Shown here piece by piece: positions 11,472 through 20,956 of a DNA stretch of 64,000 bases. Source of the stretch: Synechococcus sp. (GTDB lineage Bacteria; Cyanobacteriota; Cyanobacteriia; PCC-6307; Cyanobiaceae); NCBI GenBank assembly GCA_047285805.1, contig JBJBCN010000003.1, positions 512,001 to 576,000 of the forward strand, in the 5' to 3' direction. Numbering within the stretch: the first letter of the stretch is position 1; each line of letters begins with the position of its first letter. The notes under the pieces are model-generated. The model made no database searches and was not told the origin of the DNA. It saw only the letters and a program-made list of their open reading frames with translations. The position numbers and the translations under genes were made by a program.

Positions 11472-12481
11472 CCCAGTTCCTGAGCCGCTTCGAGGGCCGC
11501 GATCATGCTGTCGGAGCGCGCCAGGCCTCGCCCGGCAATGTCGAAGCCTGTTCCGTGATCCGGTGAGGTCCTGAGGAACGGCAGCCCCAGGCTGGTGTTG
11601 ACAGCCTGGTCAAAAGCCAACAGTTTTACGGGGATGAGCCCTTGGTCGTGATACAGCGCCAAGAATCCATCGGGTGCGTCCCCCCCCTGCCGCCAGGCCA
11701 GGCCCGCACTGAGCCAGCAGGTGTCCGGGGGTAGTGGCCCCAGGAGTCGAACGTCTGGGTTGCGCGCTGACCAGTCCTGGAGAGCCGCTTCAAGCCAGGT
11801 CGCCTCCTCCTGGCCCAGGCGTCCGGCTTCCCCCGCATGGGGATTGAGACCCGCCACAGCCAGGATTGGGTTCGGGCGAAATCGGCGGCAGAAGCCCAAC
11901 AGGACATCGAGCTTTGCCTGCACCCTTTCCGCGTTTAAGGCCTGGGGTACCTGCTGGAGAGGAATGTGGGTTGTGGCCAGCAGGGTGTTCAGTCGCCAGC
12001 CGCTCTGGGGCGAGCGGGCGGTGAACAGCATGGATGCGTTCTGGACACCGGCCAGTTCAGCCAAGCGTTCCGTTTGCCCGGGGTAGTGGTGGCCAGCGGC
12101 GTGCCAGTGCTGCTTGGCGATGGGGGCGGTCACCAGGGCCGCGCCCTGGCAACGCTGCACAAGCGCGACGGCTTCGCTCAGCCAACAGAAGCTGGCATCA
12201 CCGCTCAGGGCATTCGGAGCCCCTGCTTGGACGGGTTGCTCGAGCGGGCAATCCAGCAGGTCGAGCCCGGCGGGGTCGGCCAGGGGGGCGTCGCTGCAGC
12301 GTTTGAGCTGCTGGTAGCTCTCCTCGAGCCAACGGCGGCAACCGACCAGCAGCGGTGGCTCCGCCTCACTGCTCCAGTGCGCCATGGCCTTGAGCACGAC
12401 CTCGCCACCGATGCCGGCGGGATCGCCCAAGGAGATGATCAGGCGAGGGCTAGCGTTGCTGTCGCTTGGCAGATCACCCAT
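11468..12481 (-). CDS. pdxA: 4-hydroxythreonine-4-phosphate dehydrogenase
   Basis: GDPAGIG, GLNPHAGE, LYHDQGLIPVK, RTSPDHGT. Confidence 0.97.
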   Translation of the reverse strand: MGDLPSDSNASPRLIISLGDPAGIGGEVVLKAMAHWSSEAEPPLLVGCRRWLEESYQQLKRCSDAPLADPAGLDLLDCPLEQPVQAGAPNALSGDASFCWLSEAVALVQRCQGAALVTAPIAKQHWHAAGHHYPGQTERLAELAGVQNASMLFTARSPQSGWRLNTLLATTHIPLQQVPQALNAERVQAKLDVLLGFCRRFRPNPILAVAGLNPHAGEAGRLGQEEATWLEAALQDWSARNPDVRLLGPLPPDTCWLSAGLAWRQGGDAPDGFLALYHDQGLIPVKLLAFDQAVNTSLGLPFLRTSPDHGTGFDIAGRGLARSDSMIAALEAAQELG

Positions 12482-12644
12482 GTTGCGTTGGCTCTTGCTG
12501 ATCGGGATGGGCTTCGTCCTTGTGAAAGGGGTGCAGAACGGCTGGGTGGAGTTGCACTGGAACCGTCTCTTCCACGATGCCGGGGTGCCCTTCGTGCCGG
12601 AGCCAGATCAAGACCCGGCGGGCTCGGATGCGAAGCGCATCTAG
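12480..12644 (+). CDS. Small hypothetical membrane protein (54 aa)
   Basis: MLRWLLLIGMGFVLVKGVQNGWVELHWNRLFHDAG; fills the gap next to pdxA. Confidence 0.65.
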   Translation: MLRWLLLIGMGFVLVKGVQNGWVELHWNRLFHDAGVPFVPEPDQDPAGSDAKRI

Positions 12645-12654
12645 CGTTATTCCA

Positions 12655-13530
12655 TCACTTGGGACGGCTCCGCTCTTCGTCCCAGCTGGCGGCAAACCCC
12701 TCGCGGTAGGTGGGGTAGCGCAGGCGATAGCCCAGTTCTTGGCAGAGCAGTGCATTGCTGACCCGTCGGTTGTCCGCCCAGAAACTGAGGGCGATGGGAC
12801 TCATCGCAGCCTGGGCTTCCTGGAAGGTCCGTACGGCGGGCAATTTGCAGTCCAAGAGGTGGGCGGCATAGCCCAGGGTTTCGCTGGAGGGACAGGGCAG
12901 ATTGTCGCTGACGTTCACCACCGTTGGTCTGGCCTCAGCCGGTAAGTCGCAGCAGTGCAGCAAGGCGCCAACAATGTCATCTACATGGATCCTGCAGAAC
13001 ACCTGCTGGGGTTTGTAAATCACGCGAGCTGTGCCCTGTTTCAGTTGCTGGAAGGGACAACGGCCCGGGCCGTAGATCGCGGGGAGCCGAAAGCTTTGGA
13101 GCGGCAGAGCGCTGGCCAGCCAGCGTTGCTCGCACTGGAGCCGGGATTGGCTGCGACGTAGCCCAGGTTGAGTGGGGCTCTCTTCATCGGCCCATTGGCC
13201 TTGGGTGTCGCCGTAAACACCCGTGGTCGAGAGGTAACCCACCCAATCGAGCGGTTGTTGCTGCAGAGATGCACCGAGCAGGTTGTAGGCGTCGTCCTCG
13301 CCGTCCCCATTCGGAGGCAGCGTGATCAGGACATGGCTCAGGGCCTCGGGCAGTTCGGGGATGGTGCCCGAGGCCGCATTGAACCGGAGCCAGTACCGCT
13401 CCTCCTGAGCTGACCGTGAGGTCAGCCAGACCTGGGCTCCCCGGGCCCTTGCCGCTGCAGCAAAGCGCTGACCGGTGTATCCACCGCCGATGACTAGTAC
13501 GCGGGAGGAGGGCTTGACACCACGACTCAT
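12655..13530 (-). CDS. NAD-dependent epimerase/dehydratase (atypical SDR)
   Basis: GGGYTG, YLSTTGVYGD, IYGPGR, RIHVDDI. Confidence 0.9.
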   Translation of the reverse strand: MSRGVKPSSRVLVIGGGYTGQRFAAAARARGAQVWLTSRSAQEERYWLRFNAASGTIPELPEALSHVLITLPPNGDGEDDAYNLLGASLQQQPLDWVGYLSTTGVYGDTQGQWADEESPTQPGLRRSQSRLQCEQRWLASALPLQSFRLPAIYGPGRCPFQQLKQGTARVIYKPQQVFCRIHVDDIVGALLHCCDLPAEARPTVVNVSDNLPCPSSETLGYAAHLLDCKLPAVRTFQEAQAAMSPIALSFWADNRRVSNALLCQELGYRLRYPTYREGFAASWDEERSRPK

Positions 13531-13533
13531 TAT

Positions 13534-13549
13534 GAGTACACCTGTATTA
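13534..13549. promoter_or_regulatory. Putative LexA (SOS) box
   Basis: GAGTACA-CC-TGTATTA vs cyanobacterial consensus TAGTACA-N2-TGTACTA; TTGACA at 13514-13519. Confidence 0.55.
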
Positions 13550-13564
13550 CTCGCTGGCTGATCG

Positions 13565-13795
13565 GTGGCCTCATCCTGCTTCCCCGCCCCCCTCGTGTCC
13601 TCCTTCGTCGCTCAGGCGCCCGTGCGCGTGCGCCCCAGGCGGCGTCCGCGGGTGGGTGTGGAGCGTCGTCTGGTCGGCTTTTCGGCTTTTGCGCTGATGC
13701 TGGTTTCGGCGCTGCTGCTCGCTCCGGATCAGCCCGAGGCCCAGGCGGAGATCTGTCAGCGCCACAACGGTGCGGCGGCTTGTCGGATCTGGTGA
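13565..13795 (+). CDS. Small hypothetical membrane protein
   Basis: One TM helix, then APDQPEAQAEICQRHNGAAACRIW. Confidence 0.7.
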   Translation: MASSCFPAPLVSSFVAQAPVRVRPRRRPRVGVERRLVGFSAFALMLVSALLLAPDQPEAQAEICQRHNGAAACRIW

Positions 13796-13796
13796 A

Positions 13797-14210
13797 CTAG
13801 GCCGCCTGCAGGTAAGGCTGGATGGGGTTGAATCCGGAGTCCGTGGCGGCTGACTTGGGAATAGCCCCGGGGCTCGCCCACTGCAGCAGGCGCAAGGCCA
13901 GGCGCAGATCGCCGTCGGTCCAGGCACGAATGGCCATGGCTCGCCGAGGGTCATAAAACCGCTGCTGCCGGTACCACTCGAAAGCGTCGGCGTCGCTCTT
14001 GCGACCGTTGCAGGCCAAGCAGGCGGGGACGCAGTTCTCGGTCACGCTCAGTCCGCCGCGACTTTGCGGAAAGACATGATCAATGGATTCAGAAGGTTTG
14101 CCGCAGTAAATGCATGTTTTCCCTGTGTAAGTGTGGAGGGATTGTCTCCACCGACGAACTCGAAGTTTGGGGCACAAGTCTTCAAGGAAAACGGCATCCC
14201 TGCTGTGCAT
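13797..14210 (-). CDS. HNH endonuclease family protein
   Basis: CIYCG..DHVFPQSRGG..NCVPACLACNGRK. Confidence 0.93.
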   Translation of the reverse strand: MHSRDAVFLEDLCPKLRVRRWRQSLHTYTGKTCIYCGKPSESIDHVFPQSRGGLSVTENCVPACLACNGRKSDADAFEWYRQQRFYDPRRAMAIRAWTDGDLRLALRLLQWASPGAIPKSAATDSGFNPIQPYLQAA

Positions 14211-14378
14211 CCGAATAATTCGGTTGCTGCGAGTCTGGCCTGAGCGGCTTGGATGTCAATGTGTCGAACGATGCATTTTGCAAGGCTTATTGCAAGTGTT
14301 GCGCCGGCTCCACTCTTCGCTAAATTATGAGTTGCTGCCCCAGCTGCGACGGCCCAGCAACGCACCGCGCGCTGTCTG

Positions 14379-15953
14379 ATGCGGCTGGGAGCATCGGGCT
14401 CCATCGAGTTAGTGCTGCCGTTTGATGCGGTGACCCAGGCCCAGCTGCGGGCGGTGCGTCCGCGCGGGCACTGGCGCTCCAGGCAAGGCTGCTGGGAGTT
14501 CCCCCTGGAAGCGGCTCTGGTGTTGCGTCAGCACTTCGGCCAGCGTTTTGCGATGGAGGAGCCGCTGCCGCAGTGGTGCCGCTGGCTGGAGCAGCCTCTG
14601 CCCCCATTGCCGCCCCACCGTGAGCTGATTGCCATCGCTGAACTGGCGGATCCCCTGCCAGATGGTCGGGTGCTCTTCGCGCATCAGCGCGCCGCGGTGC
14701 GTTGGTTGTTGGCTCGGCGTGGAGCCGTGCTGGCGGATGCCATGGGGCTCGGGAAAACCTTGACCGCCTTGGTTGCCGCTCGCGCGATGGTTCGGGCGGC
14801 GGATTGCCACGTGGTGGTCATCGCCCCATCGGGCCTGCATCGCCATTGGAGGCAGGAGGCGGCGGCCCTGCAGCTGCAGATCACCTTGCTCAGTTGGGCG
14901 TCGTTGCCGGACGACTTGCCTGAGGCGGGTACGGTCCTGATTGCCGATGAGGCCCATTACGCCCAGAACCTGAACGCTGCGCGAACCCATGCGTTTCTGC
15001 GCCTAGCGCGCCATCCGCGGCTGCGGGTGGCCTGGCTTTTGAGTGGGACGCCGATGAAGAACGGCCGACCGGCCCAGTTGTTTCCCCTGCTCGCCGCCAT
15101 TGGGCATCCGCTGGCGAAGGATCAACGGGCCTTTGAGGAGCGCTACTGCCTCGGCCATTGGCATGAACGCTCTGGCACACGGCAGTGGAGTGCCACCGGG
15201 GCGACCCATCTCCCTGAGCTGCAGCGTTTGGTGAGGCCACTGCTGTTGCATCGGCGCAAGCGGGATTGCCTGGATCTCCCCCCAAAGCGGCGGCAGATGC
15301 TGCCCGTCACCCTGACCGAGGCGGAGGGACAAGGGTTCCAGCACCGTCTGCAGCTCAAGGTCGAGGACTATCGCCGTCGGGCGGCGGCGGGCCTGGTGCG
15401 CCGGGATGCGGAGGCCTTGGCCGTGCTGACTGCCCTTCGGCAGATCGGCGCGGAATACAAGCTCCCTGCCGCTACGGCCCTGTTGGCGCGCTTGCAGGCC
15501 GAGGGGCAAGCGGTTGTGGTCTTTACCGCTTTTGTGGCGGCGGCCCAATTGCTGCAGCAGCACGTAGGCGGTGCCCTGCTGACCGGACGTCTGGCGGCGG
15601 CCGAGCGGCAGGGTGTGGTCGATCGCTTTCAGGCGGGGGAGGAGCAGCTCTTGATCAGCACCTATGGGGTAGGGGGCCTGGGCTTCACCTTGCATCGCGC
15701 CAGGCATGTGGTCCTCCTAGAGCGCCCATGGACCCCCGGTGACGCCGAGCAGGCGGAGGATCGCTGTCACCGCATTGGCATGCAGGGCACCCTGGAGTGC
15801 CATTGGCTTCAACTTGGGGTGGTTGATCAGTTAGTAGACGGCTTGATCGCCGATAAAGCCGAGAGGATTGCCTTGTTGCTTAGTCGCGGTCAGGCCCAGT
15901 TGGATCGCCAGCCGTTCCCGCGGATGGTGCAGCAGCTGCTCGATCACTGGTGA
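14379..15953 (+). CDS. SNF2/HARP-like SF2 helicase
   Basis: LADAMGLGKT, DEAH, LSGTP, QAEDRCHRIG. Confidence 0.93.
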   Translation: MRLGASGSIELVLPFDAVTQAQLRAVRPRGHWRSRQGCWEFPLEAALVLRQHFGQRFAMEEPLPQWCRWLEQPLPPLPPHRELIAIAELADPLPDGRVLFAHQRAAVRWLLARRGAVLADAMGLGKTLTALVAARAMVRAADCHVVVIAPSGLHRHWRQEAAALQLQITLLSWASLPDDLPEAGTVLIADEAHYAQNLNAARTHAFLRLARHPRLRVAWLLSGTPMKNGRPAQLFPLLAAIGHPLAKDQRAFEERYCLGHWHERSGTRQWSATGATHLPELQRLVRPLLLHRRKRDCLDLPPKRRQMLPVTLTEAEGQGFQHRLQLKVEDYRRRAAAGLVRRDAEALAVLTALRQIGAEYKLPAATALLARLQAEGQAVVVFTAFVAAAQLLQQHVGGALLTGRLAAAERQGVVDRFQAGEEQLLISTYGVGGLGFTLHRARHVVLLERPWTPGDAEQAEDRCHRIGMQGTLECHWLQLGVVDQLVDGLIADKAERIALLLSRGQAQLDRQPFPRMVQQLLDHW

Positions 15954-16326
15954 GGCGCAGGCAGTTGCGCCGGCGCAGGTCGATTTCATCGCGCATCAGC
16001 GCGTCGACCGGGTGCTTGCCTTGCTTCACCAGGGCGGCGGCCTTAAGGCTGTCGCGGCAGGCTTCCTGAGGCATGCCGGCCAGCTTGAGCAGTAGGGCCC
16101 GTTCGTTCCGCGGTTGAGGATGAGCGGGGAACGCCTCGACCACGGCATCGCAGTGCTTGAGCAGTGCGGGCAGACGATCGAGATTGACGCCACGCAGGCA
16201 GTCGTCGACCCTCGTCTGGGTTTCGCCAGGTTCAGGTGGAGAACTGCAGCTGCTCAGGGCGATCCAGAGCAAACCCGCCCCCAGGGACGGCGGTAGCCAA
16301 GAGCGGCCCTGGGATCGGGTTGCCAT
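15880..16326 (-). CDS. Hypothetical lipoprotein, TPR-like
   Basis: Lipobox-like IALSSC; helical body; 3' end overlaps the helicase. Confidence 0.65.
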   Translation of the reverse strand: MATRSQGRSWLPPSLGAGLLWIALSSCSSPPEPGETQTRVDDCLRGVNLDRLPALLKHCDAVVEAFPAHPQPRNERALLLKLAGMPQEACRDSLKAAALVKQGKHPVDALMRDEIDLRRRNCLRLTSDRAAAAPSAGTAGDPTGPDRD

Positions 16327-16331
16327 CAGCC

Positions 16332-16793
16332 TTAGTAGGCGTAGCGATTCACGTTGCCGCCACCGGTGTTGCTGGTGCCACTGGTGATCCCCGTGCTGGC
16401 GCCGGTGCGGTTGGTGCTGTCGGGATGGGTGGACTGGCTCTTCTCCTCAGCCGTATCAACAGCTTTGACGTAGAGGTCGCCGAGGTAGCGCCCGCAGTCG
16501 TTGTATTTACCTGGATCGGCCACGATGGCTTCAGTGATCATGACGGCCGCGTGCTCTGGGGAGGTCTTGAACACCGACGCGCTCTGGCGCTTGATCACGG
16601 CATAGGCAGCTTTCCAGCTCACCTCGTGGTTGTTGCCGCTGCTGCGCATGAAGCAGTAAATCTGCGCGCCTTTTGCGCCGGTTTCGTTGCCAGCCAGGGC
16701 AGCGCTCGGCAGTGCGGACCAGCCCAGGGCAGCAAGCGGAAGGGCTGCAGTCAGCCGAAGCAGCCGGCCGTTGCGGGACAGGGGGAATCGCAT
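16332..16793 (-). CDS. Conserved exported picocyanobacterial protein (DUF6554-like)
   Basis: Signal peptide; GAKGAQIYCFMRSSGNNHEVSW..FKTSPEHAAVMITE. Confidence 0.75.
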   Translation of the reverse strand: MRFPLSRNGRLLRLTAALPLAALGWSALPSAALAGNETGAKGAQIYCFMRSSGNNHEVSWKAAYAVIKRQSASVFKTSPEHAAVMITEAIVADPGKYNDCGRYLGDLYVKAVDTAEEKSQSTHPDSTNRTGASTGITSGTSNTGGGNVNRYAY

Positions 16794-16865
16794 GCCGAAG
16801 CAGGAGAAAGGCATTTGGTTACCCACCGTATCGATCGTTTCCCTCTGGATCCAGGGGCCGATCAA

Positions 16866-17390
16866 TCAGCTGGCAGGGGGTGGAATCTCCCCGTGGCCCA
16901 GCAGCAGCCGCACCGCCAGGGGAAGCACCAGTAGCACGGTAATCAGACGAACAGCGTGGAGGGCGGCGACGGCGGCGCCAACGCCAAATTCCGCGCCCAC
17001 CAGGCTCATCCCACTGATGCCCCCTGGCGCTGCCCCGAGGAGGGCAATCAAGGGGTCCATGCCCAGCAGCCGGCTGCACCAGAGCCCCACCACTAGCCCT
17101 GTCATGACCAGGGTGAGGGTGATCAAGAGGGCCGGTCGCCAGAGCTGTTTCAATTCACTGAAGGCCGTCGCGGTCAAGCTGGTGCCGATCACTGTGCCGA
17201 TGCCTATTTCGAGTGCTGTTCGCGTCCCCAGGGGCCAATCGGCGGCCTCGAGCTTGCCGCTCATGCTGACGAGCCCCGCTCCAAGGAGCGCGCCAGCGAG
17301 GGGTGCCGCAGGTATCTCCGTGCGCAGAGCGAGCAAGCCGCCACCGATGCCCGCGATGAGGTAGGCCAACAGGTGGAGGCTGGACGGCAT
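16866..17390 (-). CDS. AbrB-family membrane protein
   Basis: Multi-TM; IPAAPLAGALLG, APGGISGM, LHAVRL. Confidence 0.85.
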   Translation of the reverse strand: MPSSLHLLAYLIAGIGGGLLALRTEIPAAPLAGALLGAGLVSMSGKLEAADWPLGTRTALEIGIGTVIGTSLTATAFSELKQLWRPALLITLTLVMTGLVVGLWCSRLLGMDPLIALLGAAPGGISGMSLVGAEFGVGAAVAALHAVRLITVLLVLPLAVRLLLGHGEIPPPAS

Positions 17391-17486
17391 CGCTGGGCTG
17401 CCTCGGTGTGTCCTCAGTCTGCTTGCTGGCTTGGACTTGAGAACTGCCCAGAGCTGTGGTGTCATCGGGCCAGTTGAACCCTGGGT

Positions 17487-17777
17487 ATGGCTGGCGAATC
17501 GGTCTCGTTTCGCATCACTCGCACCACCGAGGACCTGGCTCAAACCGTTGCTGCCCTCTCGCAGCGATTGGTCAAGCTGGAACAGCGCCTCAATGCGATG
17601 GAGATGCAGCTCGATCAGGTCTCCGTTGGTGAGACGCCTGATCCTGAGGAGCTGAGCCGTCTCGACCATGTGGAGACGCTTTTGGCGGACTGCCGCAGCC
17701 TGCTGGAGGACGGTGCAACCGAGGAGGAGTTCCCCGCGTCGCTGAATGCTCACGAGGACGACGTGATGGCTGCATGA
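17487..17777 (+). CDS. Conserved hypothetical coiled-coil protein
   Basis: LSQRLVKLEQRL..LDHVETLLADCRSLL. Confidence 0.75.
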   Translation: MAGESVSFRITRTTEDLAQTVAALSQRLVKLEQRLNAMEMQLDQVSVGETPDPEELSRLDHVETLLADCRSLLEDGATEEEFPASLNAHEDDVMAA

Positions 17778-17815
17778 CCCCTTGCGCTGGGGCCACAATG
17801 GAAAGAAAGCGAACT

Positions 17816-18034
17816 ATGGCCTTCTCCAACAGCCATCGCTCTACTCCAGTTGCCCCGGCTGCTTCCGGAACGCCTGCCTGCAGCACCCGGTCGTTCGCCG
17901 AGGGCGATCATCAACTCGAGAAACTCGAGTTCGCCCTCGCCGTGGCCATCACCCGCGGGGATGCCTCAAGGGTGATGCAACTCCGCGATCAAATCGCAGC
18001 CCTGGGTGGCAATCGCGAGGAGCCAGGTACGTAG
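17816..18034 (+). CDS. Small hypothetical protein
   Basis: RSFAEGDHQLEKLEFALAVA..LGGNREEPGT; coding-like. Confidence 0.7.
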   Translation: MAFSNSHRSTPVAPAASGTPACSTRSFAEGDHQLEKLEFALAVAITRGDASRVMQLRDQIAALGGNREEPGT

Positions 18035-18133
18035 TCCTCGCTCGTGTTAGAGCGTTCGTTGTGTCAGAGCTGACCAGTTCTTTGGGGCTCGCTCAACGTG
18101 GCTACTAATATTTATTCGAGCAAGAGCGAATAA

Positions 18134-18340
18134 ATGCAAATGAGCCAGCAGGTTCCCGTAGCTGAGCGACGAGATGACTTGATGCGCGAAGCTGCGGCAT
18201 TTTCTGCTGCAGCTGAGCAGTCAGCTTCGAGCGGCGAGATTGAACAGTCAGCCCGTGAGATTCTGCGCTCCCTGGATTGTGAGCGTCGGGCCGGAAGTGT
18301 TGGCCCCCAAGTGATGCAGTTGATCAAGCCTCGTAGCTGA
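18134..18340 (+). CDS. Small hypothetical protein
   Basis: ILRSLDCERRAGSVGPQVMQLIKPR; AT-rich upstream region. Confidence 0.7.
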   Translation: MQMSQQVPVAERRDDLMREAAAFSAAAEQSASSGEIEQSAREILRSLDCERRAGSVGPQVMQLIKPRS

Positions 18341-18376
18341 GGTACGCGCCTCTGCAGGCCTAACGATCAGAAAAGA

Positions 18377-18448
18377 AGCGGATGACCGGGCTCGAACCGG
18401 CGACGTTCAGCTTGGGAAGCTGACATTCTACCACTGAATTACATCCGC
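18377..18448 (-). tRNA. tRNA-Gly (CCC)
   Basis: Reverse complement GCGGATG..TCAGC-TTCCCAA-GCTGA..GGTTCGAGCCC..CATCCGCT forms a cloverleaf; CCA not encoded. Confidence 0.97.
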
Positions 18449-18502
18449 AAATTGATAGTTAACCTCCAAAATTTGGACGCTAACTAACTTGAATCATCGT
18501 AG

Positions 18503-18530
18503 CAACGGAGCCCCGAGCGGGGCTCCGTTG
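18503..18530 (-). terminator. 12-bp hairpin between the aminotransferase stop and the tRNA promoter region
   Basis: CAACGGAGCCCC-GAGC-GGGGCTCCGTTG; no clear U tail. Confidence 0.55.
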
Positions 18531-18542
18531 TGGTCGGCTGCT

Positions 18543-19694
18543 TCAGCTGGCCAGGGCGGCGGCGCAGGCGGCGACACCGGCACCTGGGGTGCCGGTGTTC
18601 AGACCGAGCTCATGGAGCGTGGCTTCAATCGCGGCGACGGCGGTCAGTACGTCCCGATCACAGACGAAGCCCAGGTGGCCGATGCGGAAGACCTTGCCCT
18701 TGAGGTGGTCTTGGCCGCCGGCTAAGAGGATGTCAAAGCGATCTTTGACCTTCTTGCGGAGGCTCTCGGCATCGATCCCGTCGGGAGCCACGGCGGTGAT
18801 GGCGGGGCTCCCGCAGCCTTCGGCGGCATAGAGGGGCAGTCCAATGGCCTTCATACCTGCTTGGGCGGCAGCCTGATGGCGGGCATGGCGGGCAAAGATC
18901 CCTTCGAGGCCCTCGGCCTCCATCATCTCAAGCGCAGATTCGAGCGCGAAGTAGAGGTTGATCGCTGGGGTGAAGGGGTTGCTGTTGGCCTGGGCCGATT
19001 TCCGGTACTTGCCTAGATCCAGATAGAACTTTGGCAAATCCGAGCGGCCGTATGCCTCCCAGGCCTTGTCGCTCATGGCCACGAAGGCCAAGCCCGGGGG
19101 CATCATGTAGCCCTTCTGGGAGCCTGATCCAACGATATCGATCCCCCAGGCATCCATGGGCACATTGCAGGCCCCAAGGCTGGTGACGCAGTCGGCGATG
19201 GTCAGGGCCGTGCCGTGGGCCTTGACGTGCTTGGCGATGGTCTCCAGGTCGTTGATGACCCCGGTGGAGGTTTCCGAGTGGGTCAAGATTACGGCCTTGA
19301 TGGCCTTGCTGGAGTCCGCCTCCAGGGCTGTGCGGAACGCTTCGGGATCCAGGGGAGAGCCCCACTCGGCCTTGATCACCTCCACCTTCAGGCCGTAGGC
19401 CTGGGCAACCTTCACCCAGCGCTCGCCAAACTTGCCGTTATCGCCGCAGAGGACCTTGTCCCCTTTGCTCAGCACGTTGATGATTCCGGCTTCCATCGCG
19501 GCGGTGCCGCTGCCGGTGATCACCAGAACGTCGTTGGTGGTCTGATGCAGCCACTTCAGCTGGGCGGTGGTGCGCTCGACGATCTTTTGGAAGTCCGCGC
19601 TGCGGTGGCCAATGGGGTGACGCCCCATCGACTGCAGGACGCTTTCCGGCACCGGTGTGGGGCCGGGGATCATCAGAGTCAGCTTGTCCTGCAT
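18543..19694 (-). CDS. Class V PLP aminotransferase (alanine/serine-glyoxylate type)
   Basis: LMIPGPTP, GSGTAAME, HSETSTG, GSQKG, FRIGHLG. Confidence 0.93.
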   Translation of the reverse strand: MQDKLTLMIPGPTPVPESVLQSMGRHPIGHRSADFQKIVERTTAQLKWLHQTTNDVLVITGSGTAAMEAGIINVLSKGDKVLCGDNGKFGERWVKVAQAYGLKVEVIKAEWGSPLDPEAFRTALEADSSKAIKAVILTHSETSTGVINDLETIAKHVKAHGTALTIADCVTSLGACNVPMDAWGIDIVGSGSQKGYMMPPGLAFVAMSDKAWEAYGRSDLPKFYLDLGKYRKSAQANSNPFTPAINLYFALESALEMMEAEGLEGIFARHARHQAAAQAGMKAIGLPLYAAEGCGSPAITAVAPDGIDAESLRKKVKDRFDILLAGGQDHLKGKVFRIGHLGFVCDRDVLTAVAAIEATLHELGLNTGTPGAGVAACAAALAS

Positions 19695-19791
19695 GGTGGT
19701 TGCCGAGGCGTGGGCGGAAGGCGATCGCTGCCCGTTGGATCGACAGCGCAATCGACCAACATAAAAAACGGACCTCATCCTTCTCTGCCCC

Positions 19792-20910
19792 ATGTCTGAG
19801 TGCGGCTACACCCTTCCGGTGTGGGTGGCGGCCGCAGCCGTGGCGGCCGTTCGGGAGCTGCGGGGGCAGCCCTTCGAAGCTCAGGTCCAGCTGTTCCTGG
19901 AGCCCGCTGTGGGCTGCTCCGAGACGGCGATTCCCGTTCAGGCGGCGGCGAGCTTAAGCCCAGAGCGGGCCTTGGCCACCAGTTGCTGTGATCCCGGGGA
20001 GCTTTTGGATCTCACCCGGGGGTTGCAGGTTTGGGTGGAGGCCAGCTGGACTGCGCCGGGTGCCGATGGGGATTGGTTGCATCTGCTGCCCGGGGCTGGT
20101 ATCGGGGTTCATGCGGCCTCTGGGGAGGCGTGCCTCTCGGCCTATGCCAGGCAGGTGCTGGAGGCCAATCTGCTGCCCCTGATGCCGGAAGGGCGGGGGC
20201 TGCGGCTGACGATCACCCTGCCGGAGGGGCGCCGACGGGCTGAGCGCACCAGTAACGCTGCCTTTGGTGTAGTGGATGGTTTGGCGCTTATTGGTACGCA
20301 GGCCTTGGTGCAGCGCAGTGCCGCCCCCGATCAACTGGCTCAGGCCCGCGAGGAGTTGGAGCTGCGCAGCCAGGAGCCGCTTTGGCGCGGGGATCTGGTG
20401 TTGGTCTTGGGGGAAAACGGCCTGGATCTTGCTCCGCAGCAGGGGCTGCCCCCGGCGCTGTTGTTGAAGGCGGGCAATTGGATTGGACCTTTGCTGGTGG
20501 CCGCGGCTGAGCTGGGAGTGAAGCGCCTGCTGTTGTTCGGCTACCAGGGCAAGTTGATCAAGCTGGCTGGGGGCATCTTTCACACCCACCACCATTTGGC
20601 CGATGGTCGCCTGGAGATCCTTGCGGCCCAGGCCGTCTACCACGGATGTTCGCTGGAGCAGATCCGATTGCTGCTGAAGGCTGCCAGCGTCGATGAGGCT
20701 TTATCGGCCCTAGCGGCGGATGACCCTGAACTGGCGGCGGGCCTGCAGCAGCGCTTGGCTGCCGTGATTGAGCAGCGCGCCTGCGCTTACCTGGCGAAGC
20801 ATCATCACAATCCTGAGCTGAAGCTCGGTGCGGTGCTGTTTGACCGCAGCCGGAGCATTTGCGCCCGCGGCCCTGTCGGGGCAGAGCTTCTGGAGGGCTT
20901 TCGGGCCTGA
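19792..20910 (+). CDS. cbiD: Cobalt-precorrin-5B C1-methyltransferase
   Basis: GYTLPVW, RTSNAAFGVVDGLALIGT, GKLIKLAGGIFHTH. Confidence 0.95.
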   Translation: MSECGYTLPVWVAAAAVAAVRELRGQPFEAQVQLFLEPAVGCSETAIPVQAAASLSPERALATSCCDPGELLDLTRGLQVWVEASWTAPGADGDWLHLLPGAGIGVHAASGEACLSAYARQVLEANLLPLMPEGRGLRLTITLPEGRRRAERTSNAAFGVVDGLALIGTQALVQRSAAPDQLAQAREELELRSQEPLWRGDLVLVLGENGLDLAPQQGLPPALLLKAGNWIGPLLVAAAELGVKRLLLFGYQGKLIKLAGGIFHTHHHLADGRLEILAAQAVYHGCSLEQIRLLLKAASVDEALSALAADDPELAAGLQQRLAAVIEQRACAYLAKHHHNPELKLGAVLFDRSRSICARGPVGAELLEGFRA

Positions 20911-20956
20911 GATCTAGGGTGATCTGAATGCCCGGGCCACAGATGCTGGCCGCTCC

